A stretch of DNA of 64,000 bases from Patescibacteria group bacterium (GTDB lineage Bacteria > Patescibacteriota > Patescibacteriia > Patescibacteriales > UBA12465). Location: the NCBI GenBank assembly GCA_028692765.1, contig JAQUWT010000002.1, forward strand, positions 34,049 through 98,048, read 5' to 3'. Within the stretch, counting starts at the first letter, position 1. Each line of letters opens with the position of its first letter. The notes under the pieces were generated by a model that did not search any database, was not told where the DNA came from, and worked only from the letters and a program-made list of their open reading frames with translations. Shown here one piece after another: positions 33,246 through 42,217 of the stretch. The translations under genes and the position numbers were made by a program.

Positions 33246-33932
33246 ATGGATTTAAGCGAACGCCAACAATTAATCCTCCATACCCTCATAAAAGAGTATG
33301 TAAAAAGCGCTCAGCCTATCGCTTCCGGTATTTTGGTGGAGAAATATCATCTTGATATTTCACCGGCCACCGTTCGCAATGAGCTGATGTATTTGGAGGA
33401 GGCCGGCTATATTTATCAGCCCCATACTTCCGCGGGGAGAGTGCCGACCGAGAAAGCTTATTCATTGGAATTGGCGGCCGCCAGCGCCAAGAAGCGTGAT
33501 TTGCGCCCGAGCGATAGGGATAATTTGGAATCGGCCCTGTCTGCGAATGAGAATTTAAAGCCGGCGGCGAAGGTTTTGGCGGAGTTATCTGGCAATGCCG
33601 TTTTTTGGGCTTTCCATAAGAATGATCTTTATCACACCGGTTTATCCAATCTGTTCGGCCAGCCTGAATTCAAGCAGACGGAAATAGTGTGCGACGTTTC
33701 GCAGGTAATTGATCGCATGGAGGAAATTATCGACAATCTTTTCAACGATTTGCCGGAGGGTCCAAAAGTATTTTTAGGTGAAGACAATCCTTTCGGTTCT
33801 TTTTTGGGGACGGTGATTTTAAAATACCGCCAAGATGGCGTTTCCGGCCTAGTGGGTATTTTAGGGCCATTACGCATGGATTATAGCCGCAATCTATCCC
33901 TCCTTTCTTATTTGTATGAATATTTTAAATAA
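33246..33932 (+). CDS. hrcA: heat-inducible transcription repressor HrcA (short form, 228 aa)
   Basis: N-terminal wHTH LSERQQLILHTLIKEYVKSAQPIASGIL...ATVRNELMYLEEAGYIYQPHTSAGRVPT. CIRCE lies upstream and a grpE domain gene downstream. Confidence 0.85.
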   Translation: MDLSERQQLILHTLIKEYVKSAQPIASGILVEKYHLDISPATVRNELMYLEEAGYIYQPHTSAGRVPTEKAYSLELAAASAKKRDLRPSDRDNLESALSANENLKPAAKVLAELSGNAVFWAFHKNDLYHTGLSNLFGQPEFKQTEIVCDVSQVIDRMEEIIDNLFNDLPEGPKVFLGEDNPFGSFLGTVILKYRQDGVSGLVGILGPLRMDYSRNLSLLSYLYEYFK

Positions 33933-33937
33933 TTACT

Positions 33938-34972
33938 ATGGAAAATTTTAAGCCGGGAATATATCGACACTATAAAGGTAATGAATATGAACTACTGTTT
34001 GTCTCCGAACAGACCGAAACCGGAGAGTCTTTAGTTGTCTACCGTTCTCTTGCCGATAATAAAATTTGGACGCGTCCGCTGGCGATGTGGTCGGAAAATG
34101 TAAATATTGCGGGTAAGGAAGAACCCCGTTTTACTTGGCTAAGAGAAGCGCATCCCCGTTATCCGGAGCCGGTAGTCGGTCCGATTCTATATAATGACGC
34201 CGGTGAAGTTCTGCTTATCAAAAATCCTAAATGGACAAATTGGTCTATTCCGGGGGGGCATATTGAATGGGGGGAAAAAATGGAAGAAGCTTTGCGCCGG
34301 GAAATAGAGGAGGAGACCTCTTTGCAGATTGATAAGATTGAGTTTATCACCGCTACCGACGGCATCAAGCCTCCGCATTTTCTAAAGGATAAACATTTTA
34401 TTTTTTTGAATTTTTTTGCCCATCTGGCCGGAGGCGAGCCTCAATTATCCGATGAGATGACGGAATATGTTTGGGTTAAGCCGGAGAAAGCTTTAAAAGA
34501 ATTTTCAGTAGCGCCTTCCGTTGTCGATTTATTGGAGGAATTTATCCGCCGGCAAGCGGGCGCGAACGCCGAAGATAATGATTTTGAGGGGAAATATAAG
34601 CGCGCTTTAGCCGATTATCAGAATCTATTAAAACAGTCCGTCAAAGATAAAGAGGAATTTGTCCGTTTTGCGGTCAGTGATTTTTTGCACGATATCATTC
34701 CCGTTTATGACCACCTGAAGATGTCCTTGTCTGCTCTGCCGGAAAATGAACAAGATAGCGCCTGGGTAAAGGGCGTGGAATATGTCTTAAAACAGTTTAA
34801 AGAAATTTTGTCCGCTCGCGGCGTCGAGGAGATTAAGACTAAAGGTCAGAAATTCGATCATAATTTGATGGAGGCCTTAGAAGGCAAGGGTGATAAGGTA
34901 CTGCGGGAGGTCATGCCCGGCTATGTGCTCAACGGCCGCGTTATCCGCGCCGCCAAGGTCATTGTCGGCTAA
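33938..34972 (+). CDS. grpE: DUF1653 - NUDIX hydrolase - GrpE fusion protein
   Basis: N-terminus YRHYKGNEYELLFVSEQTETGESLVVYRSL (DUF1653-like). Nudix box GGHIEWGEKMEEALRREIEEETSL. C-terminal GrpE core YKRALADYQNL...IIPVYDHL...GVEEIKTKGQKFDHNLMEAL...PGYVLNGRVIRAAKVIV. Confidence 0.8.
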   Translation: MENFKPGIYRHYKGNEYELLFVSEQTETGESLVVYRSLADNKIWTRPLAMWSENVNIAGKEEPRFTWLREAHPRYPEPVVGPILYNDAGEVLLIKNPKWTNWSIPGGHIEWGEKMEEALRREIEEETSLQIDKIEFITATDGIKPPHFLKDKHFIFLNFFAHLAGGEPQLSDEMTEYVWVKPEKALKEFSVAPSVVDLLEEFIRRQAGANAEDNDFEGKYKRALADYQNLLKQSVKDKEEFVRFAVSDFLHDIIPVYDHLKMSLSALPENEQDSAWVKGVEYVLKQFKEILSARGVEEIKTKGQKFDHNLMEALEGKGDKVLREVMPGYVLNGRVIRAAKVIVG

Positions 34973-34998
34973 TTAATTGTTATCATTAAATTTTTTAG

Positions 34999-35038
34999 TT
35001 TCTCTCTTTATCCACCATTTTGGTTTTAAAGAGAGAAG
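34999..35038 (+). promoter_or_regulatory. 5' leader hairpin upstream of hsp20 (candidate RNA thermometer)
   Basis: Stem TTCTCTCTTTA/TAAAGAGAGAA (35000-35010 with 35027-35037). Its purine-rich 3' arm is the only SD-like sequence before ATG 35049. Confidence 0.4.
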
Positions 35039-35048
35039 ATATAAATTT

Positions 35049-35492
35049 ATGTCTTTAATCAAATGGAATCCTTTTTTAAGCGACGGCTTCGCTTTCGAAG
35101 ACATGGATAAAATGTTCGGCGAAATGTTGCCAGCCGTCCGCGGTAATCAATTCGGCTTTACTCCGGCCCTTGATATGTATGAAGATAAGAATAATATCGT
35201 AGTCGAAACGCAATTGGCCGGCATTGATCCGGAAAAAGTAAGCATTTCGATTGAGAATGATGTTTTATGCATTAAGGGTGAAAGTGAACGCCAGAGCGAA
35301 ATCGACGAAAAGAATTATTATCGCAAAGAAATCCGCCGCGGTTCTTTCTATCGTTCCATTCCTTTGCCTACTAAAGTTGACGGCGAGAAAGCGACGGCGG
35401 TCAATGAAGATGGCGTTTTAAAGATTAGCATCCCTAAAGCGCCGGAAGTCCAGCCGAAGACAATTAAGATTCAAAGCCCCAAGAAAAAATAA
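35049..35492 (+). CDS. Hsp20/alpha-crystallin small heat-shock protein
   Basis: 147 aa from ATG 35049 (MSLIKWNPF). Alpha-crystallin domain PALDMYEDKNNIVVETQLAGIDPEKVSISIENDVLCIKGE...GVLKISIPK. Confidence 0.85.
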   Translation: MSLIKWNPFLSDGFAFEDMDKMFGEMLPAVRGNQFGFTPALDMYEDKNNIVVETQLAGIDPEKVSISIENDVLCIKGESERQSEIDEKNYYRKEIRRGSFYRSIPLPTKVDGEKATAVNEDGVLKISIPKAPEVQPKTIKIQSPKKK

Positions 35493-35593
35493 TTTTATTT
35501 ATCCGCATTCGGCGCCTTTAGCAAAGGGCGCCGAGACGGGTGAATAAAAATAAATTGATAAAATAATAATTTTGTAATCTAACTATTAAAAAT

Positions 35594-37504
35594 ATGGGAA
35601 AAATTTTAGGAATTGATTTGGGTACGACTAATTCCGCCATGGCTATCATGGAGGGAGGCGCCCCCAAGATTTTAGAAAATATCGAAGGCAACCGCACCAC
35701 GCCTTCGATTGCCGCCGTTTCCAAAAACGGTGAGCGTTTAGTCGGTGCCGCCGCTAAGCGCCAGGCAGTTATTAACCCGGAAAATACCGTCTATGCGGTT
35801 AAGCGCTTAATCGGTCGCCATTTCAATGATGAAGAGGTTCAGCGCGATTTAAGCACCATGCCCTATAAAATCGTGCAGGCAGGAGAAGGCGTCAAGGTGA
35901 AGATGGGTGATAAAGATTATTCTCCTCAAGAAGTTTCAGCGATGATTCTTTCCAAGCTTAAAGCGGACGCAGAGGCAAAGATTGGAGAAAAAATAACCGA
36001 AGCCATTATCACTGTGCCTGCTTATTTTGACGACTCTCAGCGCCAAGCGACTAAAGACGCCGGGCTGATTGCCGGTCTTGATGTAAAGCGCATTATTAAT
36101 GAGCCGACGGCGGCCGCTTTGGCTTACGGCTTTGACAAGAAGCAAGGGCAGAAGATTGTTGTCTATGATTTGGGCGGTGGCACTTTTGATGTTTCCGTGC
36201 TTGATATTTCCGCCGATACGGTGGAAGTCAAAGCCACTAACGGCGATACTCATTTAGGTGGAGAAGATTTTGACAAGATTATTATTGATTGGATTATTTC
36301 TGAGTTTAAAAAAGAACAGGGCATTGATTTATCCAAGGATACTTTAGCTCTGCAGCGCATTAAAGAGTCGGCAGAGAAGGCTAAGATTGAACTCTCTACC
36401 GCTATGGAGAGCGAAATCAACCAGCCTTTCATTACTACCGACCAGAACGGACCGAAGCATCTGGTGATGAAGCTGAGCCGCGCCAAGCTGGAATCTTTAG
36501 TGGGCGATTTGGTGGCTAAGACGATTGAGCCTTGCAAGAAAGCTTTAGCTGATTCCGGTTTCAGCCTGTCTGATATTAATGAAGTGATTATGGTCGGCGG
36601 CATGACCCGCATGCCTTTAGTCCAACAGAAAGTCAAGGAATTTTTCGGTAAAGAGCCGAATTTAAGCGTTAATCCCGATGAAGTGGTAGCAATGGGTGCG
36701 GCCGTCCAAGCCGGCGTTTTACAAGGCGATGTTAAAGACGTCCTTTTGCTTGATGTTACCCCGTTGACTTTAGGTATTGAAACTTTAGGCGGTGTCGCCA
36801 CGCCTTTAATCGAGCGCAATACCACTATTCCCACCTCTAAGTCGCAGATTTTTTCCACGGCGGCTGACGGACAGACCAGCGTGGAAATCCACGTTGTCCA
36901 GGGCGAGCGCCCCATGGCGGCCGACAATAAATCTTTGGGTAGATTTATCCTTGACGGCATCCCTTCCGCTCCCCGCGGCATCCCTCAGGTTGAGGTGAAA
37001 TTTGATTTGGATGCCAACGGCATCTTAAATGTTAGTGCGACTGATAAGGCTACCGGAAAACAGCAGAATATTACGATTACCGCTTCTTCCGGTTTGTCTA
37101 AAGAGGAAATTGAAAAGATGAAGAAAGAAGCGGAGGCGCACGCTGAAGAAGATAAGAAGAAAAAGGAACAGGTTGAAGTAAAAAATCAGGCCGAAGCCGT
37201 TGTGTTTTCTACTGAAAAAATGATTAAGGAATCTGGCGATAAAATGAAGGCGGAGGACAAGACGGAACTTGAAGCTAAGCTTGAATCTTTGAAAAAGACG
37301 AAAGAGGGCGATGATTTTGCGGCTATTCAAAAAGCTATGGAAGAATTAAATACCGTCGCCCAGCGTATCGGCGCCTCTATGTATCAAAACCAGGCGGGAG
37401 CGGATTCCGCTGCTCAGGGCACTGAGGCCGGTGCGAATGCGTCCGGCAGTGATGCTAAAGGTGATGATAATGTGGTTGAAGGCGAAGTGGAAGATAAAAA
37501 ATAA
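35594..37504 (+). CDS. dnaK: chaperone DnaK (Hsp70)
   Basis: [19 protein letters not shown], and full-length Hsp70 architecture. Confidence 0.97.
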   Translation: MGKILGIDLGTTNSAMAIMEGGAPKILENIEGNRTTPSIAAVSKNGERLVGAAAKRQAVINPENTVYAVKRLIGRHFNDEEVQRDLSTMPYKIVQAGEGVKVKMGDKDYSPQEVSAMILSKLKADAEAKIGEKITEAIITVPAYFDDSQRQATKDAGLIAGLDVKRIINEPTAAALAYGFDKKQGQKIVVYDLGGGTFDVSVLDISADTVEVKATNGDTHLGGEDFDKIIIDWIISEFKKEQGIDLSKDTLALQRIKESAEKAKIELSTAMESEINQPFITTDQNGPKHLVMKLSRAKLESLVGDLVAKTIEPCKKALADSGFSLSDINEVIMVGGMTRMPLVQQKVKEFFGKEPNLSVNPDEVVAMGAAVQAGVLQGDVKDVLLLDVTPLTLGIETLGGVATPLIERNTTIPTSKSQIFSTAADGQTSVEIHVVQGERPMAADNKSLGRFILDGIPSAPRGIPQVEVKFDLDANGILNVSATDKATGKQQNITITASSGLSKEEIEKMKKEAEAHAEEDKKKKEQVEVKNQAEAVVFSTEKMIKESGDKMKAEDKTELEAKLESLKKTKEGDDFAAIQKAMEELNTVAQRIGASMYQNQAGADSAAQGTEAGANASGSDAKGDDNVVEGEVEDKK

Positions 37505-37586
37505 TTCTGATTTTTTTTCAGCAAGCCTCTCTTTTTTAGGGAGGCTTGTTGGCTTGAGAATAAGAAATTAAGCCTGGATATACAAT

Positions 37587-38666
37587 ATGTCAAAAGATTA
37601 TTATAAAGATTTGGGAGTAGAAAGGAATGCCAGTGCGGAGGAGATTAAAGCCGCTTTTCGCAAAAAAGCCCATCAGTATCATCCCGATAAAGGTGGCGAT
37701 GAAGCTAAATTTAAAGAGGTAAACGAAGCGTATCAAGTTTTGGGAAATCCGGAAAAGCGCAAGCAATATGATCAGTTCGGCTCTGCTTTTCAGAACGGTC
37801 AAGCCGGCGGTTTTAATGGTTTCGGCGGTCAAGGTTTTGGTGGTTTTGAAGGAGTTAATATCAATATGGAAGATTTGGGCGATATCTTTGGCGGTTTTGG
37901 TGATATCTTTGGCGGTTTTGGCGGTAATCGCGGGCGCCGGGGTCCGGAACAGGGCCGGAATTTAGAACTGCGATTAACGGTTGATTTTTTAGATGCGGTT
38001 CATGGTACGGAAACAGAGATAAGCTTTCCTCATTTAAAGACTTGCCGTGTTTGCCATGGCAGCGGCCATGCGGCCGGAGCTAAAATTGAGAATTGTTCCA
38101 CTTGCGGCGGCAAAGGAACTATCAGCCGGGTACAACGGACGATTTTAGGCGCTATCCAAACGCAAACGGTCTGTCCCGACTGTCAGGGTGAAGGTAAGAA
38201 AGCTAGCGCTTTTTGTCCGGAATGCCAAGGAAAGGGTAGAACTAAGCAAACGGAAACGGTCAAGGTTAAGATTCCGGCCGGTATTAGCGACGGAGAAAGC
38301 ATCCGCTTGGCCGGATATGGCGATGCCGGCGAAAAGGGCATGCCGGCCGGTGATTTATTTTTACGTATTAAAGTAGCCTCCCACCAAGCATTTAAGCGAG
38401 AAGGCGATGATATTTACTCTGAGGAAGAAATTTCCATGGTCCAGGCGGCTTTAGGCGATGCTATCTCGGTAGAGACTGCTCACGGTGCGGTCAAATTAAA
38501 GATTCCTGAAGGCACTCAGCCTCAAACTGTTTTCCGTCTAAAAGATAAAGGCGCGCCGCGTCTCCACGGTCGCGGTCAGGGCGATCATTTCGTAAAAGTG
38601 AAGGTATTGATACCAAAAAATTTAAGCAAGGCGCAACGCCAGCTGTTAGCCGATTTAAAACTTTAA
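37587..38666 (+). CDS. dnaJ: co-chaperone DnaJ
   Basis: J domain with HPD (YHPDKGG), a G/F-rich region, and four CxxCxGxG zinc motifs. Confidence 0.95.
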   Translation: MSKDYYKDLGVERNASAEEIKAAFRKKAHQYHPDKGGDEAKFKEVNEAYQVLGNPEKRKQYDQFGSAFQNGQAGGFNGFGGQGFGGFEGVNINMEDLGDIFGGFGDIFGGFGGNRGRRGPEQGRNLELRLTVDFLDAVHGTETEISFPHLKTCRVCHGSGHAAGAKIENCSTCGGKGTISRVQRTILGAIQTQTVCPDCQGEGKKASAFCPECQGKGRTKQTETVKVKIPAGISDGESIRLAGYGDAGEKGMPAGDLFLRIKVASHQAFKREGDDIYSEEEISMVQAALGDAISVETAHGAVKLKIPEGTQPQTVFRLKDKGAPRLHGRGQGDHFVKVKVLIPKNLSKAQRQLLADLKL

Positions 38667-38682
38667 ATATCGCTGAATTTCT

Positions 38683-38710
38683 TTGACTTTCTGCTTGGCA
38701 GTGTTATACT
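38683..38710 (+). promoter_or_regulatory. promoter TTGACT-N16-TATACT with an extended -10 TG
   Basis: TTGACT at 38683-38688, TGT at 38702-38704, TATACT at 38705-38710. Confidence 0.55.
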
Positions 38711-38747
38711 TAATATAAGAGGAATTTTATAAATTAACCTTCATTTT

Positions 38748-38906
38748 ATGTTTAAATGTGAATGGCTAAAAAAATTATTGGGCATGAAAAAAGAGTGTTG
38801 TTGTCATTCCGGTCACGAACATGCTGAGGCGTCAGCACCGGCAGCATCCAATGATAACATTGTTTCTGCCTCCTCCGAGAATCAAGAGGAAGCCTCTCTT
38901 AAATAA
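38748..38906 (+). CDS. candidate 52-aa Cys/His-rich micro-protein
   Basis: Not in the track (under 60 aa). Sequence: MFKCEWLKKLLGMKKECCCHSGHEHAEASAPAASNDNIVSASSENQEEASLK. It is flanked by its own promoter and terminator. Confidence 0.35.
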   Translation: MFKCEWLKKLLGMKKECCCHSGHEHAEASAPAASNDNIVSASSENQEEASLK

Positions 38907-38921
38907 GATTATAGAATAACT

Positions 38922-38948
38922 AAAAAAACGCGTTTAACGCGTTTTTTT
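38922..38948 (+). terminator. rho-independent terminator
   Basis: AAAAAAACGCGT-TTA-ACGCGTTTTTTT. Confidence 0.75.
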
Positions 38949-38961
38949 ATCATTTCTTTCT

Positions 38962-39813
38962 ATGTTTATCGATACCCATGCCCATGTTAATTTTCATGAT
39001 TTTAAAGACGATGCCGATGAGGTTATCCGCCGTTCTTTAGATAATGACACTTGGATGGTGCTTGTGGGCTCTGAGTATAAAACCTCAAATCGCGCTTTGA
39101 ATTACGCCAACCGCTACCAGAAAGGCGTTTATGCCGCAGTCGGATTGCATCCTATTCATTTGGAAGAACAGGCGGTGGCTAATAATGATGAAAATGGCGA
39201 TTACAGCTTTGTGACCCGCGCTGAAGAGTTTAATTATGACGCTTACGAAAAATTGGCTAAATTTGAGAAAGTGGTAGCTATCGGTGAAATCGGGCTTGAT
39301 TACTATCACCTTGATCCGACTAAGAATGTAAGTGAAGCGAAACGGCGCCAGCAAGAAGTATTTTTAAAGCAGCTCGTCTTGGCGCGCAATCTCGATTTGC
39401 CTGTCATTATCCATTGTCGTCAGGCTCACGATGATTTATTGTCTATTCTTCAAGATTTTCGCAAGGTTTATGCTGATTTTATTCCTTCCGATCGTCCATG
39501 GGGTGTCATTCATTGTTTTTCCGGAGACGAGGATTTAGCTTGGAAATATTTTTCTTTAGGTCTCATCATTTCTTTTACCGGTCTTATTACCTTCAGCAAG
39601 CAATGGGATGATGTCTTGAGGAAGGTTCCTTTGCATAAATTTATGATTGAGACCGACTCTCCCTATATGACCCCAGAACCTTATCGCGGACGCCGCAATG
39701 AACCCTTATTGGTCCAGTATGTGGCGGGAAGAATTGCAGAAATTCGTAATTCTAGCGTGGAGAAGGTCGCCGCCGCCACCACGGAAACGGCTAGACAATT
39801 TTTCCGTATTTAA
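38962..39813 (+). CDS. TatD family metal-dependent hydrolase
   Basis: FIDTHAHVN, EIGLDY, VIIHCR, ETDSPYM. Confidence 0.9.
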   Translation: MFIDTHAHVNFHDFKDDADEVIRRSLDNDTWMVLVGSEYKTSNRALNYANRYQKGVYAAVGLHPIHLEEQAVANNDENGDYSFVTRAEEFNYDAYEKLAKFEKVVAIGEIGLDYYHLDPTKNVSEAKRRQQEVFLKQLVLARNLDLPVIIHCRQAHDDLLSILQDFRKVYADFIPSDRPWGVIHCFSGDEDLAWKYFSLGLIISFTGLITFSKQWDDVLRKVPLHKFMIETDSPYMTPEPYRGRRNEPLLVQYVAGRIAEIRNSSVEKVAAATTETARQFFRI

Positions 39814-39861
39814 ATTTTAGTTTCTTGTCGGTCTGCAGTTGAATTTTGATTTTTGCCAGTC

Positions 39862-39890
39862 TTGACTTTTTAAGCAATCGGGTGTATATA
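39862..39890 (+). promoter_or_regulatory. candidate atp operon promoter TTGACT-N17-TATATA
   Basis: TTGACT at 39862-39867 and TATATA at 39885-39890. Confidence 0.55.
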
Positions 39891-39927
39891 ACAAGTGGTT
39901 TTCTAAAAATTTCTCTAATTTAAGCCT

Positions 39928-40206
39928 ATGGATAAACATTCTTTAAGGCAATTAATAATGTCTAGCGCCGCTTACAGCCTGTCTTCCATTCTCGGACCTT
40001 TATTATTTCTGGGCGTACCGGCTTACTTTATAGATCAGCGCTTAGGAACTAATCCATTAGTAACCTTAATTGCCATTTTTATCGCTTTTTTAACCACTAA
40101 TATACTTTTATTTAAAAAAGTCGCTAAAATAAATAGGATGATAGCGGAAAATTTTTCAAAATCAGAAATTGCAGACAAGCCAGTTTCTATCAAAAATAAA
40201 ATATAG
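39928..40206 (+). CDS. small membrane protein, AtpI/AtpZ-like
   Basis: 92 aa with two TM helices. It is the first gene of the atp operon. Confidence 0.5.
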   Translation: MDKHSLRQLIMSSAAYSLSSILGPLLFLGVPAYFIDQRLGTNPLVTLIAIFIAFLTTNILLFKKVAKINRMIAENFSKSEIADKPVSIKNKI

Positions 40207-40209
40207 TTT

Positions 40210-40950
40210 ATGAATTTAGACATTTCTCTTTCTCCAGAAATTTTATTTAATATTTTTGGCATTCCTATATCTAATGCTTTTTTTTGGTCGTGGGTAGTCA
40301 CTCTATTTTTATTGGTTGGAGCTTTTTTAATAAAAAGAAATTTAAAAATGCATCCTGGTAAATTCCAGAATATTATAGAAATGCTGGTTGGCGGCGCTTT
40401 TGATTTTGTCGAGTCGATGATGGGTGACAAAAAGAGGGCTTTACGCGTATTCCCCCTGGTGTTTACCATGTTTTTTTTCATTTTTTTCTGCAATCTTTTA
40501 ACTTTTATTCCCGGACAGGCGGCTGTGACCATTAAGACCGCTGGCGGTGTAGTGCCTTTATTTCGGGCGATTATCTCTGATTACAGCATCGTTTTTGTCA
40601 TGACCATGGTTTCCGTAATTGTTACCCAGATTGTTGCTGTCGCTTCTATGGGCCCCTTGCGTTATGTTGGTAAATTTTTTAATTTTACCAGCCCTTTAAA
40701 TTTCTTTTTGGGTTTGATGGACTTGGTGGGGGAATTAGCTAAAGTGATGTCGCTATCTTTCCGTCTTTTCGGCAATATTTTTGCCGGGGAAGTGTTGGGC
40801 GCAGTTATGTTGTTTTTATTCCCATTTTTCTTACCCCTACCTTTTGCCTTGCTCGGTTTATTAACTGCAGTCGTTCAGCCTTTCGTTTTTTCAGTTCTAA
40901 CCCTGGTATTTATTTCTATGGCTATCCAGCCGGAAGAAGCCGAGGCTTAA
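40210..40950 (+). CDS. atpB: F0F1 ATP synthase subunit a
   Basis: LSFRLFGNIFAGE motif with the essential Arg; polytopic. Confidence 0.9.
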   Translation: MNLDISLSPEILFNIFGIPISNAFFWSWVVTLFLLVGAFLIKRNLKMHPGKFQNIIEMLVGGAFDFVESMMGDKKRALRVFPLVFTMFFFIFFCNLLTFIPGQAAVTIKTAGGVVPLFRAIISDYSIVFVMTMVSVIVTQIVAVASMGPLRYVGKFFNFTSPLNFFLGLMDLVGELAKVMSLSFRLFGNIFAGEVLGAVMLFLFPFFLPLPFALLGLLTAVVQPFVFSVLTLVFISMAIQPEEAEA

Positions 40951-41014
40951 AGGGTTATTTTTAGTATTATTTTTATTAACCATTAAATAATTCTTAATAA
41001 TTAATTTCAAATTT

Positions 41015-41242
41015 ATGGACATGGAAGCAGCAAAGTACATCGGCGCTGGTATTGCTATCGGCTTAGGAGCCGTAGGGCCGGCGTTAGGAGAAGGAAATAT
41101 CGCCTCTAGAGCGATGGAAGCGATTGGTCGCAACCCTGAAGCTAATGGTAAAATCGCCCCTTTAATGTTCGTGGCGATGGCTATTACCGAATCTACCGGT
41201 ATTTACGCTTTAGTGGTAGCTTTAATCATTCTTTTTGCTTAA
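41015..41242 (+). CDS. atpE: ATP synthase subunit c
   Basis: 75 aa hairpin: GAGIAIGLGAVGPALGEG...ESTGIYALVVALIILF. Confidence 0.9.
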   Translation: MDMEAAKYIGAGIAIGLGAVGPALGEGNIASRAMEAIGRNPEANGKIAPLMFVAMAITESTGIYALVVALIILFA

Positions 41243-41308
41243 AAGGCAGAGCCTGTCCGCCTCTTTATTGTGGCGGATTGCTTTGTGTTTTAATTTAAAA
41301 TTTTTTAT

Positions 41309-41803
41309 ATGGGTTTAATCAAAGCTCTCGGCATCGACGGCCGCATTCTTTTGGCACAATTATTCAATTTTGCTCTTCTAATGTTAATCTTATGGCGTTA
41401 TGCCTATAAGCCGGTTTTGAATATTTTGGAAGAAAGGCGCTCTAAGATAGAGCAAGGCTTGAGCGACGCGGAGGCCGCGGCCGAAAAACTGAAGCAAGCC
41501 GAAGACGACAGCCGCCAGGTAATGATTGATGCTCGTAAAGAGGCGGCCCAGTTATTGGAAAAGGCGCAAAGTCAAGCCGAGTTACGCCAACAAGAGATTG
41601 CTAGAAAAGCTCAGGAAGATATCGGTATAATGATGGAAAAAGAAAGAGAAAAAATTAAAGCCGAGAAGGAATCCGTTTTGGCCGAACTTAAAGGAGAGTT
41701 GTCGGACTTAGTTTTGTTAAGCTTAAAAAGATTTTTACAGGAGAATGTTGATGACAAGCGCGATAAAGAATCTATCGACCGTATTGTCAAAGATTTAATT
41801 TAA
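41309..41803 (+). CDS. atpF: ATP synthase subunit b
   Basis: N-terminal TM helix followed by a long charged helix; operon position. Confidence 0.85.
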   Translation: MGLIKALGIDGRILLAQLFNFALLMLILWRYAYKPVLNILEERRSKIEQGLSDAEAAAEKLKQAEDDSRQVMIDARKEAAQLLEKAQSQAELRQQEIARKAQEDIGIMMEKEREKIKAEKESVLAELKGELSDLVLLSLKRFLQENVDDKRDKESIDRIVKDLI

Positions 41804-41808
41804 TCTTT

Positions 41809-42213
41809 ATGAAGGCGAATGTAAAACAATATGCCCGTAGCCTCTTTGAACTGTTGGAGGGCAAAAACGAGAGTGAAGCTAAGGGTTTGATTGCTAATTT
41901 CGTGACCCTTCTCTATCGCCGGCAAGACCTTAATAAGGCTAAGGCTATTATTAATGAATTAGAATCTTTGTATGATGGCGCGGATGGTTTGACTAGGGCT
42001 GAATTGTGGAGTTCCAGGCCTTTAGATGGCCAAGTAAAATCAAAGATAAGCGCTTATATTAAATCTAAATCAGGTAAATCAGATGTCGAATTGTCCGAAA
42101 ATATTGATAAAGATTTAATTGGCGGCTTTGTCCTCCGTTATAAGGGTCTAGTCATTGATGGCAGCTTTAAAAATAATTTATTAAAATTTAAGAAACAGCT
42201 TTTAATTAATTAA
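41809..42213 (+). CDS. atpH: ATP synthase subunit delta (short, 134 aa)
   Basis: Operon position between b and alpha. C-terminal [17 protein letters not shown]. Confidence 0.75.
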   Translation: MKANVKQYARSLFELLEGKNESEAKGLIANFVTLLYRRQDLNKAKAIINELESLYDGADGLTRAELWSSRPLDGQVKSKISAYIKSKSGKSDVELSENIDKDLIGGFVLRYKGLVIDGSFKNNLLKFKKQLLIN

Positions 42214-42217
42214 TATT

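Noticed and set aside
35510-35533. The hairpin GGCGCCTTT-AGCA-AAGGGCGCC between hsp20 and dnaK might be a regulatory element.
   Set aside because: It is most simply a partial terminator or stabiliser after hsp20. No CIRCE or other recognisable operator is present, so nothing further can be supported.
36250-36981. A 243-aa minus-strand ORF, together with many other 60-165 aa ORFs antisense to or inside dnaK, atpA, atpB, groEL, PBP2, the PNP gene, the M23 peptidase and the VIT gene (for example 40035-40532, 61163-61654, 26091-26462, 23636-24082).
   Set aside because: These are shadow ORFs lying opposite or within genes that have unmistakable conserved motifs. Their sequences are low-complexity or biased and show no independent signals.
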